Shown here: one piece after another, positions 39,938 to 48,863 of the stretch | How positions within the stretch are numbered: position 1 is the first letter of the stretch | Layout: every line of letters starts with the position of its first letter | Assembly (NCBI GenBank): GCA_963776345.1 | Contig: CAVZMH010000003.1 | Coordinates: forward strand, 153,271-217,270 | Length of the DNA stretch: 64,000 nucleotides | Direction of reading: 5' to 3' | From: an uncultured delta proteobacterium | Lineage (GTDB): Bacteria; Myxococcota; Myxococcia; Myxococcales; Myxococcaceae | Notes under the pieces: generated by a model | What the model was told of the DNA's origin: nothing | Database searches by the model: none | What the model saw: only the letters and a program-made list of their open reading frames with translations | Program-made: the position numbers and the translations under genes

Positions 39938-41408
39938 CGAGGCGCTGGACCGCCTCGGCGAGCGGACGGTCCGGGTTCACCGGCGTCACCTGCTCACACA
40001 GGAAGCCCAGAAGGGCAGACCCCGCCGCGGAGCTGGGCGACGGGCCTCCAAGAGAAGCGGCCTGACGGAGCCCAAGTGCGAGCGAGGCCTGGACCAGCGT
40101 GAGCCGCTCGCTCTGTCGGAGCGCCTCCAGGGCCGCCTGGGTGCCGAACGGGACGATGTCCTGATTGTGTCCATTGGTCGGCAGGCTCTGCGTGCTGGCC
40201 GGCGCGGCATACCGTCGCATCGAGGCCACGATGGACGTCGCGGCCAGGTTCACCCCGGCGAGCCCCGACTGCGCCCCGGGCTGCGAAGAGAGCATCAGCG
40301 AACGCCCGCCGTTCCGGTTCGGGTCCATCAAGAGATCCAGCTGGCGTTCGGCGAGATTCGCCAGCTGGGTCAGGGCGAGATTCAGGGAATCGCTCGCAAA
40401 TGCCACCTGCTGCCCGAAGAAGTTCCCGCCGTGAACCACCTGGCCCTTGTCGGGAAAGAACACCGGATTGTCGCTCACTCCATTGAGCTCCGCCGTCACC
40501 ACGCGCTCGACATGCCGCACCGTCTCCTCGACAGCTCCAACCAGCTGGGGCACACAGCGAATGGTGTAAGCCTCCTGCAGCGGTCGGCCGGTCCGGGCGG
40601 TCGATCCGCTCAGGAGTGCAGCGAGCTTCTTTGCCGTCGCGTGCGCGGAGGCGTGCCCGGAGAGGCTCAGCAGCTCGGGCGAGGTGAACTCGCTCGATGC
40701 TCCAAGCAGCTCCACCAGAAGTCCGGTCAACTCGAGCGCGACCTCGACCGACGCCCGTGCGGAGTGGACCGCGAGGCCAGCCGCTGCGGCGCTGAGCGAC
40801 GTCCCGTTCACCAGGGCGAGTGCATCCCTGCCACGGAGGCGCAAGGGGCGGAGACCGGCTCGTTCGAGGGCTTTGAGCGCCGGAAGTCGCTCACCCTCCC
40901 AGAAGGCCTCTCCTTCACCGCAGAGCGCTCCGGCGGCGTGCGCCAGAGGAGCCAGATCCCCGCTGGCTCCGACCGACCCCCACTCCGGGACCGCAGGAGC
41001 GAAGCTCGTTCCAAGGGAGGCTGCGAGACGATCCAGAGCGTCGGCGCTGATCCCCGAATGACCCTTGGCCAGGGTCCAGAGACGGGTGAGAAGCATCGCT
41101 CTGACGACCCGTGGCGCAAGAAGCTCTCCCTGCCCCGCGCGCAGGTGATTGAGCAGCCCGATTCCGTGCGTCTCGAGATCGGGGGCGGCTCCGTGGGTCA
41201 CCAGCGGTCCAAAACCCGTGGACATTCCATACACCGGCCTCCCACTGGCGACGAGTGCGCGGACGAATTCGGCGCAGCGGATGACCGCAGAGCGGGCAGC
41301 ATCGGAAAGGGCGATGCCTAGCGGGCCTTCCGCCGCGACGAGATCCACCGGAGCAAGGAGGTGCTCGGCGTCCACCACGAGGTTGAGTGAAGGTCTGGAA
41401 GAGGTCAC
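39858..41408 (-). CDS. Aromatic amino acid ammonia-lyase (TAL-type signature)
   Basis: VYGMSTGFG, MIO motif GASGD, LVNGT, QEAYTIRC, SDNP, NQDIV; LNHL at the selectivity positions. Confidence 0.92.
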   Translation of the reverse strand: MTSSRPSLNLVVDAEHLLAPVDLVAAEGPLGIALSDAARSAVIRCAEFVRALVASGRPVYGMSTGFGPLVTHGAAPDLETHGIGLLNHLRAGQGELLAPRVVRAMLLTRLWTLAKGHSGISADALDRLAASLGTSFAPAVPEWGSVGASGDLAPLAHAAGALCGEGEAFWEGERLPALKALERAGLRPLRLRGRDALALVNGTSLSAAAAGLAVHSARASVEVALELTGLLVELLGASSEFTSPELLSLSGHASAHATAKKLAALLSGSTARTGRPLQEAYTIRCVPQLVGAVEETVRHVERVVTAELNGVSDNPVFFPDKGQVVHGGNFFGQQVAFASDSLNLALTQLANLAERQLDLLMDPNRNGGRSLMLSSQPGAQSGLAGVNLAATSIVASMRRYAAPASTQSLPTNGHNQDIVPFGTQAALEALRQSERLTLVQASLALGLRQAASLGGPSPSSAAGSALLGFLCEQVTPVNPDRPLAEAVQRLARQLPRWRTASSTRATEATHPRSRRS

Positions 41409-42754
41409 GAGGATCGGAAGAGTTCCTCGGCGCGCCGGCGTGACACCTTCCCGGAGGGAGTCGTGCACGCGACCCAGAAGCTCTCGGGCATTGTCCGCGG
41501 CGGTCGGTGAGGAACGCTGAGGTGGAAGTCGGGTGGGATGTCTCCGCGGACCAGGGGCTGGATCATCGATTGTCCTGCCCCGATGAGAAGAACTCGGTCA
41601 CCGAAGGATAGCTCCAAAGGAACCGGGTTCACCATGCGCCCGTTGTCGAGCTTGAAGCGCTCGTCGGAGCGGCCCTGGAAGACGAAGCCGCCATCATCCG
41701 TCGGGATCGCCAGGTCCCCCGTCGCGAGCCAGCCCTCCGCATTTACCACCGGCTTCACGCTTTCCCCGGACAGCCAGCCCACGGCGGTGTTCTTTCCCCT
41801 GACCAGGAGCTCCGTTCCCCCCTCGTGGTCGGGCACTCCGAGCTTCACTTCGCACCCGAGCGGTCGACCGAGGAAGTCGTCACGCTCCCACTCTCCGGGC
41901 CTGCCCAGGGTTACCCCCGGGGAGCATTCGGTCTGGCCGTAGCCGACACACAGTCTGGTGCGTTTGAGCCTCTCGCGCAGCAGTCCTCTGACGGGAGCGC
42001 CCCCAATGATTCCTCCGCGAAGAGAGGTCAGGACCTGATCCGGAATGGCGGACACCGTCCGCGGAACTCCGAAGAGGACCTCGGGACGGTCGCCGCTCAG
42101 AGCCTCATTGAACGAACCGGGCGGAACCGAGCGCAGACGGGCTCCGTTCAAGACGCCCATCAGGAATTCCAGCGTGAACCCGAACGCATGCGTCCAGGGG
42201 AGACAGCCCAGGATCCGGGTGCCCGCAGGATAGCCCAGTGCAGCGTGATGGCTGTCCACGACACTCAACAGGCCAACCTCGCCGAGCGCAATCGCTCGTG
42301 CACCTCCCGATGTTCCGCTGGTGAATAGAATGAGCATTGGCCCCGGGCCACTTGCCTCGCGGTTCGGCCGTCGGCGAACGAGAACTCCGCCGGCCGAGAG
42401 CACCCCGGTCGTGTCCGCCGTCCTGACTCTCTCTTCGAGCTCGAATGTTGCGAGACCCGGATGGATCGGAGCGAAGGTGACCCCGAGCTGAACACAGGCG
42501 ATGAAGGCGGCGGCGAACTCTGGCCCGTTCGGGAGCGCTACCGCGAGGACTTCGCCTGGACCGAAGCCGCGGGAGCGGAATCGGGAGACAAATTCCTCGG
42601 CCAACCCGCGGGGGTCTACTGCCGCTCGACCGGCGGAGTCGAACAGGTCCAGCCGCGGGACCGATTCCAATCTCGAGCTGAGCTGAGAAGCCAAGGCAGG
42701 TAGGAAATGTAGCCTGACCCGTTGCAGCGTCCAGCGCTTCTCAAACCCTCGCAA
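41405..42754 (-). CDS. AMP-dependent acyl-CoA ligase (4-coumarate ligase-like); alternative start 42694
   Basis: FTSGTSG, GYGQTE, GWLATGD, GR.D..FKL.NG; short C-terminal domain. Confidence 0.88.
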   Translation of the reverse strand: MRGFEKRWTLQRVRLHFLPALASQLSSRLESVPRLDLFDSAGRAAVDPRGLAEEFVSRFRSRGFGPGEVLAVALPNGPEFAAAFIACVQLGVTFAPIHPGLATFELEERVRTADTTGVLSAGGVLVRRRPNREASGPGPMLILFTSGTSGGARAIALGEVGLLSVVDSHHAALGYPAGTRILGCLPWTHAFGFTLEFLMGVLNGARLRSVPPGSFNEALSGDRPEVLFGVPRTVSAIPDQVLTSLRGGIIGGAPVRGLLRERLKRTRLCVGYGQTECSPGVTLGRPGEWERDDFLGRPLGCEVKLGVPDHEGGTELLVRGKNTAVGWLSGESVKPVVNAEGWLATGDLAIPTDDGGFVFQGRSDERFKLDNGRMVNPVPLELSFGDRVLLIGAGQSMIQPLVRGDIPPDFHLSVPHRPPRTMPESFWVACTTPSGKVSRRRAEELFRSS

Positions 42755-42791
42755 TCTCTCGGGCGGCCAGGAATGCCTGGGTCCAGAGCGA

Positions 42792-43802
42792 TCAGCGGTT
42801 CATCATGTACAGCTGCCAGAGCTCCTTTCCGGTCAGCCCCAGCATCGGCCGGATGGCGCGCAGCCCGGTGCGGCCCACGCTCTTCTCGAGATAGCGGAGC
42901 TCCTGGAAGGCCTCGCGGGTGCCCTCGTCCACCGGGACGGCGAAGCCGGCCTCCCGCATCAGGAGCATCCCCTTGGCGCGAAGCGCGAGCTCGATGTGGA
43001 GCCGCAGATAGCAGAGCAGGTCGGCCACGACCGGGCCCTCGAACCGCTCGCGGAGGGAGTGCAGGTACCGACCCACCGGCGAGTCGGCGAACTGACCGGA
43101 GTTGATCAGCTCCAGCGTGCCGGCGTCCACGTCGAAGCCGCGCCCGAGCCACTCGCCCAGCACTCGCTCGCTCCGAGTGAAGATCAGCTCGAAGGTGATC
43201 GGAAGCACCAGGACGATCCCCGCGGTGGAGACGAGCGGCGAGACGAAGAAGTGGTTGAACCCGGAGTGCAGCAGGATCGCGATCAGCAAGCCAGGGAGGA
43301 AGGCGCGCACCGGGGCCTCTGACCGTCGCTCGGACGCGACGAGGCCGAGGACGCCGAAGATGGCGGTGGTCCCTCCGTGCATCAGCGCGGTGCCGAACCC
43401 CCGGACCAGGAAGGTGCCGGCCCCGGCGTGCGGTAGCAGGTGGAGGTAGTACAGGTTCTCCGCGATGCCGAAGCCGGTTCCCACGGCGAAGCCGCAGATC
43501 GCCGCGTCCACCAAGAAGCCGATGCGGTGGGAGCGAATCAGCGCCACCAGGACCAGCGCCTTGAGCAGCTCCTCGCTGACCGGGGCGACGTACCGGGAAA
43601 AGAGCGCCAGCCGAACCGGAAAGCGATCGAGGAAGAGGTGATTGAGCGGATAGGTCGCGGCGGCGATGGCTGCCCCGGTGAGGAGCAGAGCGAGGACCGT
43701 CCGCAACCGGATCAGCTTGTAGCTGTCGAGATAGACCAGGCCGCCGAGGAGGGCGACCGCGGGGACCAGGGCGAGGAGCGCACGGGCGACGGGTCCGCTC
43801 AC
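42792..43802 (-). CDS. prsW: PrsW-family intramembrane protease
   Basis: EELLK, FGIAEN, HGG and HSGFN motifs; multi-TM. Confidence 0.88.
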   Translation of the reverse strand: MSGPVARALLALVPAVALLGGLVYLDSYKLIRLRTVLALLLTGAAIAAATYPLNHLFLDRFPVRLALFSRYVAPVSEELLKALVLVALIRSHRIGFLVDAAICGFAVGTGFGIAENLYYLHLLPHAGAGTFLVRGFGTALMHGGTTAIFGVLGLVASERRSEAPVRAFLPGLLIAILLHSGFNHFFVSPLVSTAGIVLVLPITFELIFTRSERVLGEWLGRGFDVDAGTLELINSGQFADSPVGRYLHSLRERFEGPVVADLLCYLRLHIELALRAKGMLLMREAGFAVPVDEGTREAFQELRYLEKSVGRTGLRAIRPMLGLTGKELWQLYMMNR

Positions 43803-43815
43803 CGGGCCTCGCCGG

Positions 43816-46758
43816 TCAGAGGATCTTGAGAGAGACCATCCACTCCTGGCTGGCGCGGTTCCATTCGCGGAGCCCCACGGCAAATCCGCCCGAGAGGGTC
43901 ATCTCATACCAGTGGAGCACGCTGAAGCGCAGGTCGATCTGCAGGCCGGCGCTGGTCTGGACCGCTCGCAGGTCGGCGTGCTCCGGATCGGTCACCAGCA
44001 GCGCGACGAAGAGCTCCGGACGCAGCCAGTTGAGGAAGAAGGCAGGCGTGCCCACCCGCTCGAAGATCAATGGCGGCAGCTTGAGCTCCGTCAGCAGCCG
44101 TCCAAAGGTCTGCCCCTGGAGCTCGTTCAAGGCGAACCCGGGGAAGCTCCACCATTCCAGGTAGCGCTGGACCGGGTGGTCGTCGACGTAGTTGTTGCCG
44201 AAGCCTCCGAAGTAGAAGCTGCCGAAGGGGTCATCGCGCGCTCCGGCCGAGAGCCCGGCGGCACTGCGAATCCAGACCGACGCGTGGTGGAGCGGGAGCG
44301 CGAACCCGAGATCGAGGCCGGCGCGAGCCTGGGGAATGAAGTCGCCGTGCACCTGGCTGGCGCTCAGCACCAGCTCTCCGGTCATTCCCTTCTCGTCGTC
44401 GACGGCGCCGAGCGAGCGGCGCAGCAGGGTGTAGTGCAGGCCGACCTCGGCGGTGAAGAGACGGGACACCGGCGCCGCGACGTTCTGGAAGTCCGGCAGG
44501 GTGTCGATCCCGTCGAAGTAGGCCACCTCCGTCCTCAGCTCCAGGCGGCGCGGCGGGTCGTAGATCAGGGAGTGGTCGTAACCGAGGTGGGTGGCGAAGC
44601 CCTTGCGGCTCCGCTTGGTCGGCCCGAACAGGTCGTAGAAGTCCGACCGGTTCCAGGAGAAGTCTCCGTGCCAGGCGAGATAGCGCCAGTCGAGCATCAG
44701 GTGGGGGCGCTCGATCCCGGGCACGTCCCCGAACAGGAAGGCGGCGGTGAACCCGATCGACATCAGATGGAGCGGGTCCTCCAGGTCGGCGTGCCAGCCG
44801 AACCCGACCCAGCTCTTGTACCCCTGCAGCACGGGGAAGGCACGGAGCCCCAGCTGGCCCAGGGGGTGGTACGGCCCGCGGCCAGTGACGGCGATGGACT
44901 CCGGGTCGGCGGCGCTCGGCGGAGGAACCTGCCACGTCGTCACCACCGGGTACTTCTTTGCCAGCTCGGCGCCGAGGAAGCGGATCGCGCTCACGTCCTC
45001 GATGACCTTCGGCTCGATCACCGCCGGGACGAACCCCTGGCCGGAGTAGTGGAACACCAGCAGCTTCCCGTCGGGCAGGGGCGCGGGGCGGAAGAAGCCC
45101 AGCTCGGCGTTGGACACCGCCTCCATCTTCCCGGTGGCCAGCTCGTACCGGAAGATGTTGGAGACGCCCGTGAGGTAGCTGCTCCCATAGAGGCTCAGCC
45201 CGTCCGGGGCGAAGACGAAACCCTCGGGGACCGACTGCCCGAAGCGGAACTCCGACAGCGGAGCGGCCTCGTCCATTCCGAGCTTCCCCAGCTCCCAGAC
45301 GCGCAGGAACTGGTCCCCGTTCACCTCGCTGCAGGACGCCGAGAGCAGGCGGCCGTCGGGGGAGACGTCGAGGTCGTAAGGCACCACGCCGTAGGGGAAG
45401 GTGTGGATCTGCTTCCATTCCCGATAGGGGTAGGGGATGCGAACCAGCGTTGCCAGACCGTTCGCGTGCCGGATCCCGAGGAGCGAGCGGTCGGTGCGGT
45501 CGAAGACCAGCTCCCCGATGCGCGCGTCCTCGAGCAGCATCCGCTCCTCGCCGGTGCGCAGGTCGAACGCCATCACGTCCCGGAGCGCGTAGTTGTCGGC
45601 GGTGTAGAAGAGGGTGCGGGTGTCCGGATCCCAGGCCAGCGAGGTGACCCGGTAGAGCATTCCCCCCTTGATGTCGGTCAGTCGCCGCACCTCCCCGGTG
45701 CGGGTGTCGAGCGCGCCGATGTGCTCCACCACCCCGGGGTACCGGAACCCGCCATAGAGAAGGCCGGTGGACTCCTCGAAGAAGGCCCGCGACACCGAGC
45801 CCACCGCGTGAGGCACCAGGTCGCGGTAGGGCGTCACCGGCTGCCTGCGGACCTCGGCGAGGTTGCGCTCCTGGAACTGCTGCTCGAACTCGATCCAGTC
45901 CGCCCAGGCGCGATCGAGCGAGACCCCGAAGACGTGCTCGAACTGGTCCGCGTAGTACTTCTTGCTTCCCTGGTCGCGCTTGAGCCAGGCCACCACCTTC
46001 TCCGGGCCGTGGGCCAGCGCCAGCCAGGTGAAGAAGCGCGTGCCGTAGAGGTAAGCGTTGACCCCGACCTGGAAGTCCACCTTCACCCCCAGCGAGGCGA
46101 GGCCAAGCGGGTCGTAGAACCGGGCCTTGTCGCGCACCATCGCCCGGAACACCATCTCGTCGTAGCCGCCCTGGGCGCGGCCGAGCCCGCCTCCCATCCA
46201 GGTGTCGAGGAAGGTGGCGCTCCCCTCGAGGTACCACCGGGGCACGAAGAACCGCGGGGCGGTGAGGTAGCTGTAGAGCAGCGTCTCCGGGTGGCTCGCC
46301 TGCGGCTGGAGCTTGCCGAGGAAGAAGGAGCGCCAGAACCGATCGGCGCCGGTGGACATGTCCATCGTCGCCACGTGCACCAGCTCGTGGTTCATCAGCG
46401 TGTACATCCGCTCGCTGGCGGGGAACGTCTCGAAGGCGAGCGAGAGCGGCGCGATGTCGACGGTCAGCAGATTCACCGGCGCGGCCGACGCCGAGGCATT
46501 GCCGTAGTCGGAGAAGTCCTTGAGGAAGACCGTGGTGCGCTCGTAGGGGACCCAGCCGAAGGTCCGCTTCTGCCATGCGAGCGAGTTGCTGAAGGTGCGC
46601 AGGGCGTGCGGCTCGAGGTAGTCGAGCATGGGCGACGGATAGACCAGGCGAACGTCGCGCGATTCGACCCAGGTCAGGCCCAGTGTCCCCGGCTCGGCCG
46701 TCGACGCCGCCGCGGCGTGAAGCCCCACCAGGATCACGAGCAGGGCGAGGGGACGCAC
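43816..46758 (-). CDS. Secreted/outer-membrane protein: HExxH peptidase-like domain, beta-propeller and C-terminal beta-barrel
   Basis: Signal peptide; NHELVH..PRWYLEG; SPDG/APDG propeller blades; alternating amphipathic C-terminal strands. Confidence 0.75.
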   Translation of the reverse strand: MRPLALLVILVGLHAAAASTAEPGTLGLTWVESRDVRLVYPSPMLDYLEPHALRTFSNSLAWQKRTFGWVPYERTTVFLKDFSDYGNASASAAPVNLLTVDIAPLSLAFETFPASERMYTLMNHELVHVATMDMSTGADRFWRSFFLGKLQPQASHPETLLYSYLTAPRFFVPRWYLEGSATFLDTWMGGGLGRAQGGYDEMVFRAMVRDKARFYDPLGLASLGVKVDFQVGVNAYLYGTRFFTWLALAHGPEKVVAWLKRDQGSKKYYADQFEHVFGVSLDRAWADWIEFEQQFQERNLAEVRRQPVTPYRDLVPHAVGSVSRAFFEESTGLLYGGFRYPGVVEHIGALDTRTGEVRRLTDIKGGMLYRVTSLAWDPDTRTLFYTADNYALRDVMAFDLRTGEERMLLEDARIGELVFDRTDRSLLGIRHANGLATLVRIPYPYREWKQIHTFPYGVVPYDLDVSPDGRLLSASCSEVNGDQFLRVWELGKLGMDEAAPLSEFRFGQSVPEGFVFAPDGLSLYGSSYLTGVSNIFRYELATGKMEAVSNAELGFFRPAPLPDGKLLVFHYSGQGFVPAVIEPKVIEDVSAIRFLGAELAKKYPVVTTWQVPPPSAADPESIAVTGRGPYHPLGQLGLRAFPVLQGYKSWVGFGWHADLEDPLHLMSIGFTAAFLFGDVPGIERPHLMLDWRYLAWHGDFSWNRSDFYDLFGPTKRSRKGFATHLGYDHSLIYDPPRRLELRTEVAYFDGIDTLPDFQNVAAPVSRLFTAEVGLHYTLLRRSLGAVDDEKGMTGELVLSASQVHGDFIPQARAGLDLGFALPLHHASVWIRSAAGLSAGARDDPFGSFYFGGFGNNYVDDHPVQRYLEWWSFPGFALNELQGQTFGRLLTELKLPPLIFERVGTPAFFLNWLRPELFVALLVTDPEHADLRAVQTSAGLQIDLRFSVLHWYEMTLSGGFAVGLREWNRASQEWMVSLKIL

Positions 46759-46811
46759 GCGGTGGAACCCCCGGGAGCGAGCGACGAGTCGGCCACCATA
46801 GGCGAAAGCGA

Positions 46812-46857
46812 CACCACCCGGTCTCCCGTCGTGAGGGTGAGCGGGAGCCGGGTGGCG
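46812..46857 (-). terminator. GC-rich stem-loop between the anti-sigma and OM protein genes
   Basis: CACCACCCGGTCTCCCG ... CGGGAGCCGGGTGGCG imperfect inverted repeat; short T tract on the minus strand. Confidence 0.5.
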
Positions 46858-46899
46858 TGGGAGACCGGGGCGGACCCGGAGGCCCGGACGGTGCGCGGC

Positions 46900-48309
46900 C
46901 TACTTCGCTTCGGTGTTCGCGGCGTTGGGCGTCATGGCCAGCGCCCGGGCGAAGGCCGGGTTCATGGCCATGGCGTTGAAGCCAGGATCCCTGGCCATCG
47001 CACTGAAGGCCTGGGGATTGCGCGCCAGGGCGGACATCGCCTCGGGCGACCGGGCCAGCACGGACATTGCCTCGGGGGCCTTCGCCAGGGCGGACATCGC
47101 CTCGGGGTTGCGAGCCAGGGCGGACATCGCCTCGGGCGCGCGAGCCAGGGCGGACATCGCCTCGGGGTTGCGAGCCAGGGCGGACATCGCCTCGGGCGCG
47201 CGAGCCAGGGCGGACATTGCCTCGGGCGCGCGAGCCAGGGCGGACATCGCCTCGGGGGCGCGAGCCAGGGCGGACATCGCCTCGGGCGCGCGAGCCAGGG
47301 CGGACATCGCCTCGGGTGATCTGGCCAGCGCCGCCCGCAGCTCCGGGGCCTTCGCCAGCGCCGCGCGCACCTCGGGCGACGTGGCCATCGCCGTCCGCGC
47401 GTCCGCCGACTTCGCCAGGGCGGTCATCGCCTCGGGTGACCTGGCGAGCGCGGCCACCGCCTCGGGGTTGCGAGCCAGGGCGGACATCGCCTCGGGTGAT
47501 TTGGCGAGCGCGGCCACCGCCTCAGGTGCTCTGGCGAGCGCGGCCACCGCGTCGGGGTTGCGGGCCAGGGCGCTCATCGCCTCGGGTGATTTGGCGAGCG
47601 CGGCCACCGCGTCGGGGTTGCGGGCCAGGGCGGACATCGCCTCGGGTGACTTGGCGAGCGCGGCCACCGCGTCGGGGCTACGGGCCAGCGCGGAGATCGC
47701 CTCTGCTGATTTGGCCAACGCAGCCATGGCGTCGGGGTTCCGCGCCAGAGCCTGAAATCCCGGATCCATCGCCAGGGCGCGCATCTGGGGGTCCTTGATG
47801 ATCCGCTCGAAGGACTCGCTCTGCATCAGCTGCGTCACCGCCTGGTCGCCGAGCTGAACGTCGGATGGCTGGATCTGCTTGGCCCGGTAGCGTTCCGCCG
47901 GGGTGACCGTCCCGACCGTCCCCTCGCGGGAGGGGACGTTGAACACGAACCGTCCGACCAGAAGCACGGCCGCGGCTGCGACAACGGCTCCACTGAGGAT
48001 GGTGCGCTTGCTGAGGGGACGGTTCATGGTCAGGCTCCTGGGCACGCGAACAGGCCCACTGTTCGCGACAAGTACACGCTGTGACCGCCGAAGTTGGAAG
48101 CGCTCCACCGCGGCCGCGGCCAGACCGGGGGGCGGATCGACCTTCGGGAGTGTGCGCAGCGTCTCGAGGAGACGACGGAGCGCGTCATACTCGGCCCGCG
48201 CCTGGGGGTCCGAGGCGAGGATCCGCTGGAGCTCCTGGAACTCCTCCGGCGTCGCCTCGCCGTCCAGCGCGGCGTGCATCAGCGCGATCGCGCTCGAGGG
48301 AGGGGTCAC
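46900..48309 (-). CDS. Anti-sigma factor: zf-HC2-like N-domain lacking Cys, TM, and a 10-aa tandem repeat domain
   Basis: LMHAALDGEATPEE..L...P.ARAEY..DPPPGL; TM GAVVAAAAVLLVG; GTGA overlap with the ECF sigma stop. Confidence 0.82.
   Translation of the reverse strand: MTPPSSAIALMHAALDGEATPEEFQELQRILASDPQARAEYDALRRLLETLRTLPKVDPPPGLAAAAVERFQLRRSQRVLVANSGPVRVPRSLTMNRPLSKRTILSGAVVAAAAVLLVGRFVFNVPSREGTVGTVTPAERYRAKQIQPSDVQLGDQAVTQLMQSESFERIIKDPQMRALAMDPGFQALARNPDAMAALAKSAEAISALARSPDAVAALAKSPEAMSALARNPDAVAALAKSPEAMSALARNPDAVAALARAPEAVAALAKSPEAMSALARNPEAVAALARSPEAMTALAKSADARTAMATSPEVRAALAKAPELRAALARSPEAMSALARAPEAMSALARAPEAMSALARAPEAMSALARAPEAMSALARNPEAMSALARAPEAMSALARNPEAMSALAKAPEAMSVLARSPEAMSALARNPQAFSAMARDPGFNAMAMNPAFARALAMTPNAANTEAK
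46990..47739 (-). repeat. 25 x 30-bp coding tandem repeat (xPEAMSALAR)
   Basis: Counted 25 decapeptides from NPDAMAALAK to NPQAFSAMAR; plus-strand core GCCAGGGCGGACATCGCCTCGGG. Confidence 0.95.
48070..48097 (-). promoter_or_regulatory. Candidate ECF promoter inside the anti-sigma gene
   Basis: CCAAC-N16-TGTACTT, aligned with the copy at 48864-48891. Confidence 0.55.
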
Positions 48310-48863
48310 CGGGGCTCCAGGTCCCGGAGCAGCTCCCGCAGCCGCTGCCGAGCCTCGAAGAGGCGTGACTTCACGACCCGCTCCTCGAGCGAGAGGATGC
48401 GCCCGATCTCCCGATAGCTGCAGTCCGCAAAGTGGCGCAGCGTCAGGACTGCCCGGTGGTCCACGGTCAGCCGCATGAGGGTGCTCTGGAGCCGGGCGGC
48501 CTGCTCCGACTCGACGAGACGCGACTCCGGCGTGTCCGGCGCGACGCTCGGAGATCCGCTCTCCACATCTTCTGCGCCGTCCGGCCCGTCGCGCCGATTC
48601 CGGCGGGCGACGTTGAGCGCCGCGTTGAGCGCGATGCGGTAGAGCCAGCTGAAGAACTTTCGGTCGGAATCGTAACCATCGAGATGCTCCGCGACCTCCA
48701 TGAAGGCAGTCTGGGTCACGTCGCTGGCGTCATCGGCGTTTCCCAGCACCCGGTACGCGGCGTTGTAGAGGGGCCGCTCGTAACGGGCCACCAGGGACCG
48801 GAATGCTGCGGTGTCGCCGCGACGGCACCGCTGCACCAGCTCCTCGTCCGAGTCCCCGGCCAC
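48306..48863 (-). CDS. ECF RNA polymerase sigma factor (start uncertain)
   Basis: DEELV..GD..AF, DASDVTQTAF, FFSWLYRIALN, SYREIG.IL..VKSRLFEAR. Confidence 0.93.
   Translation of the reverse strand: MAGDSDEELVQRCRRGDTAAFRSLVARYERPLYNAAYRVLGNADDASDVTQTAFMEVAEHLDGYDSDRKFFSWLYRIALNAALNVARRNRRDGPDGAEDVESGSPSVAPDTPESRLVESEQAARLQSTLMRLTVDHRAVLTLRHFADCSYREIGRILSLEERVVKSRLFEARQRLRELLRDLEPR

Noticed and set aside
39858..42754. Photoactive yellow protein chromophore module (tal+pcl)
   Set aside because: No pyp gene in the window, and the pair is contiguous with the polyene cluster; not excluded genome-wide
43912..47319. Long antisense ORFs (this one, 810-2837, 15738-18131 and similar)
   Set aside because: Stop-poor shadow frames of high-GC genes with no recognisable motifs
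46990..47739. CRISPR array
   Set aside because: Units are contiguous, in-frame 30-bp coding repeats with no unique spacers, and no cas genes are present
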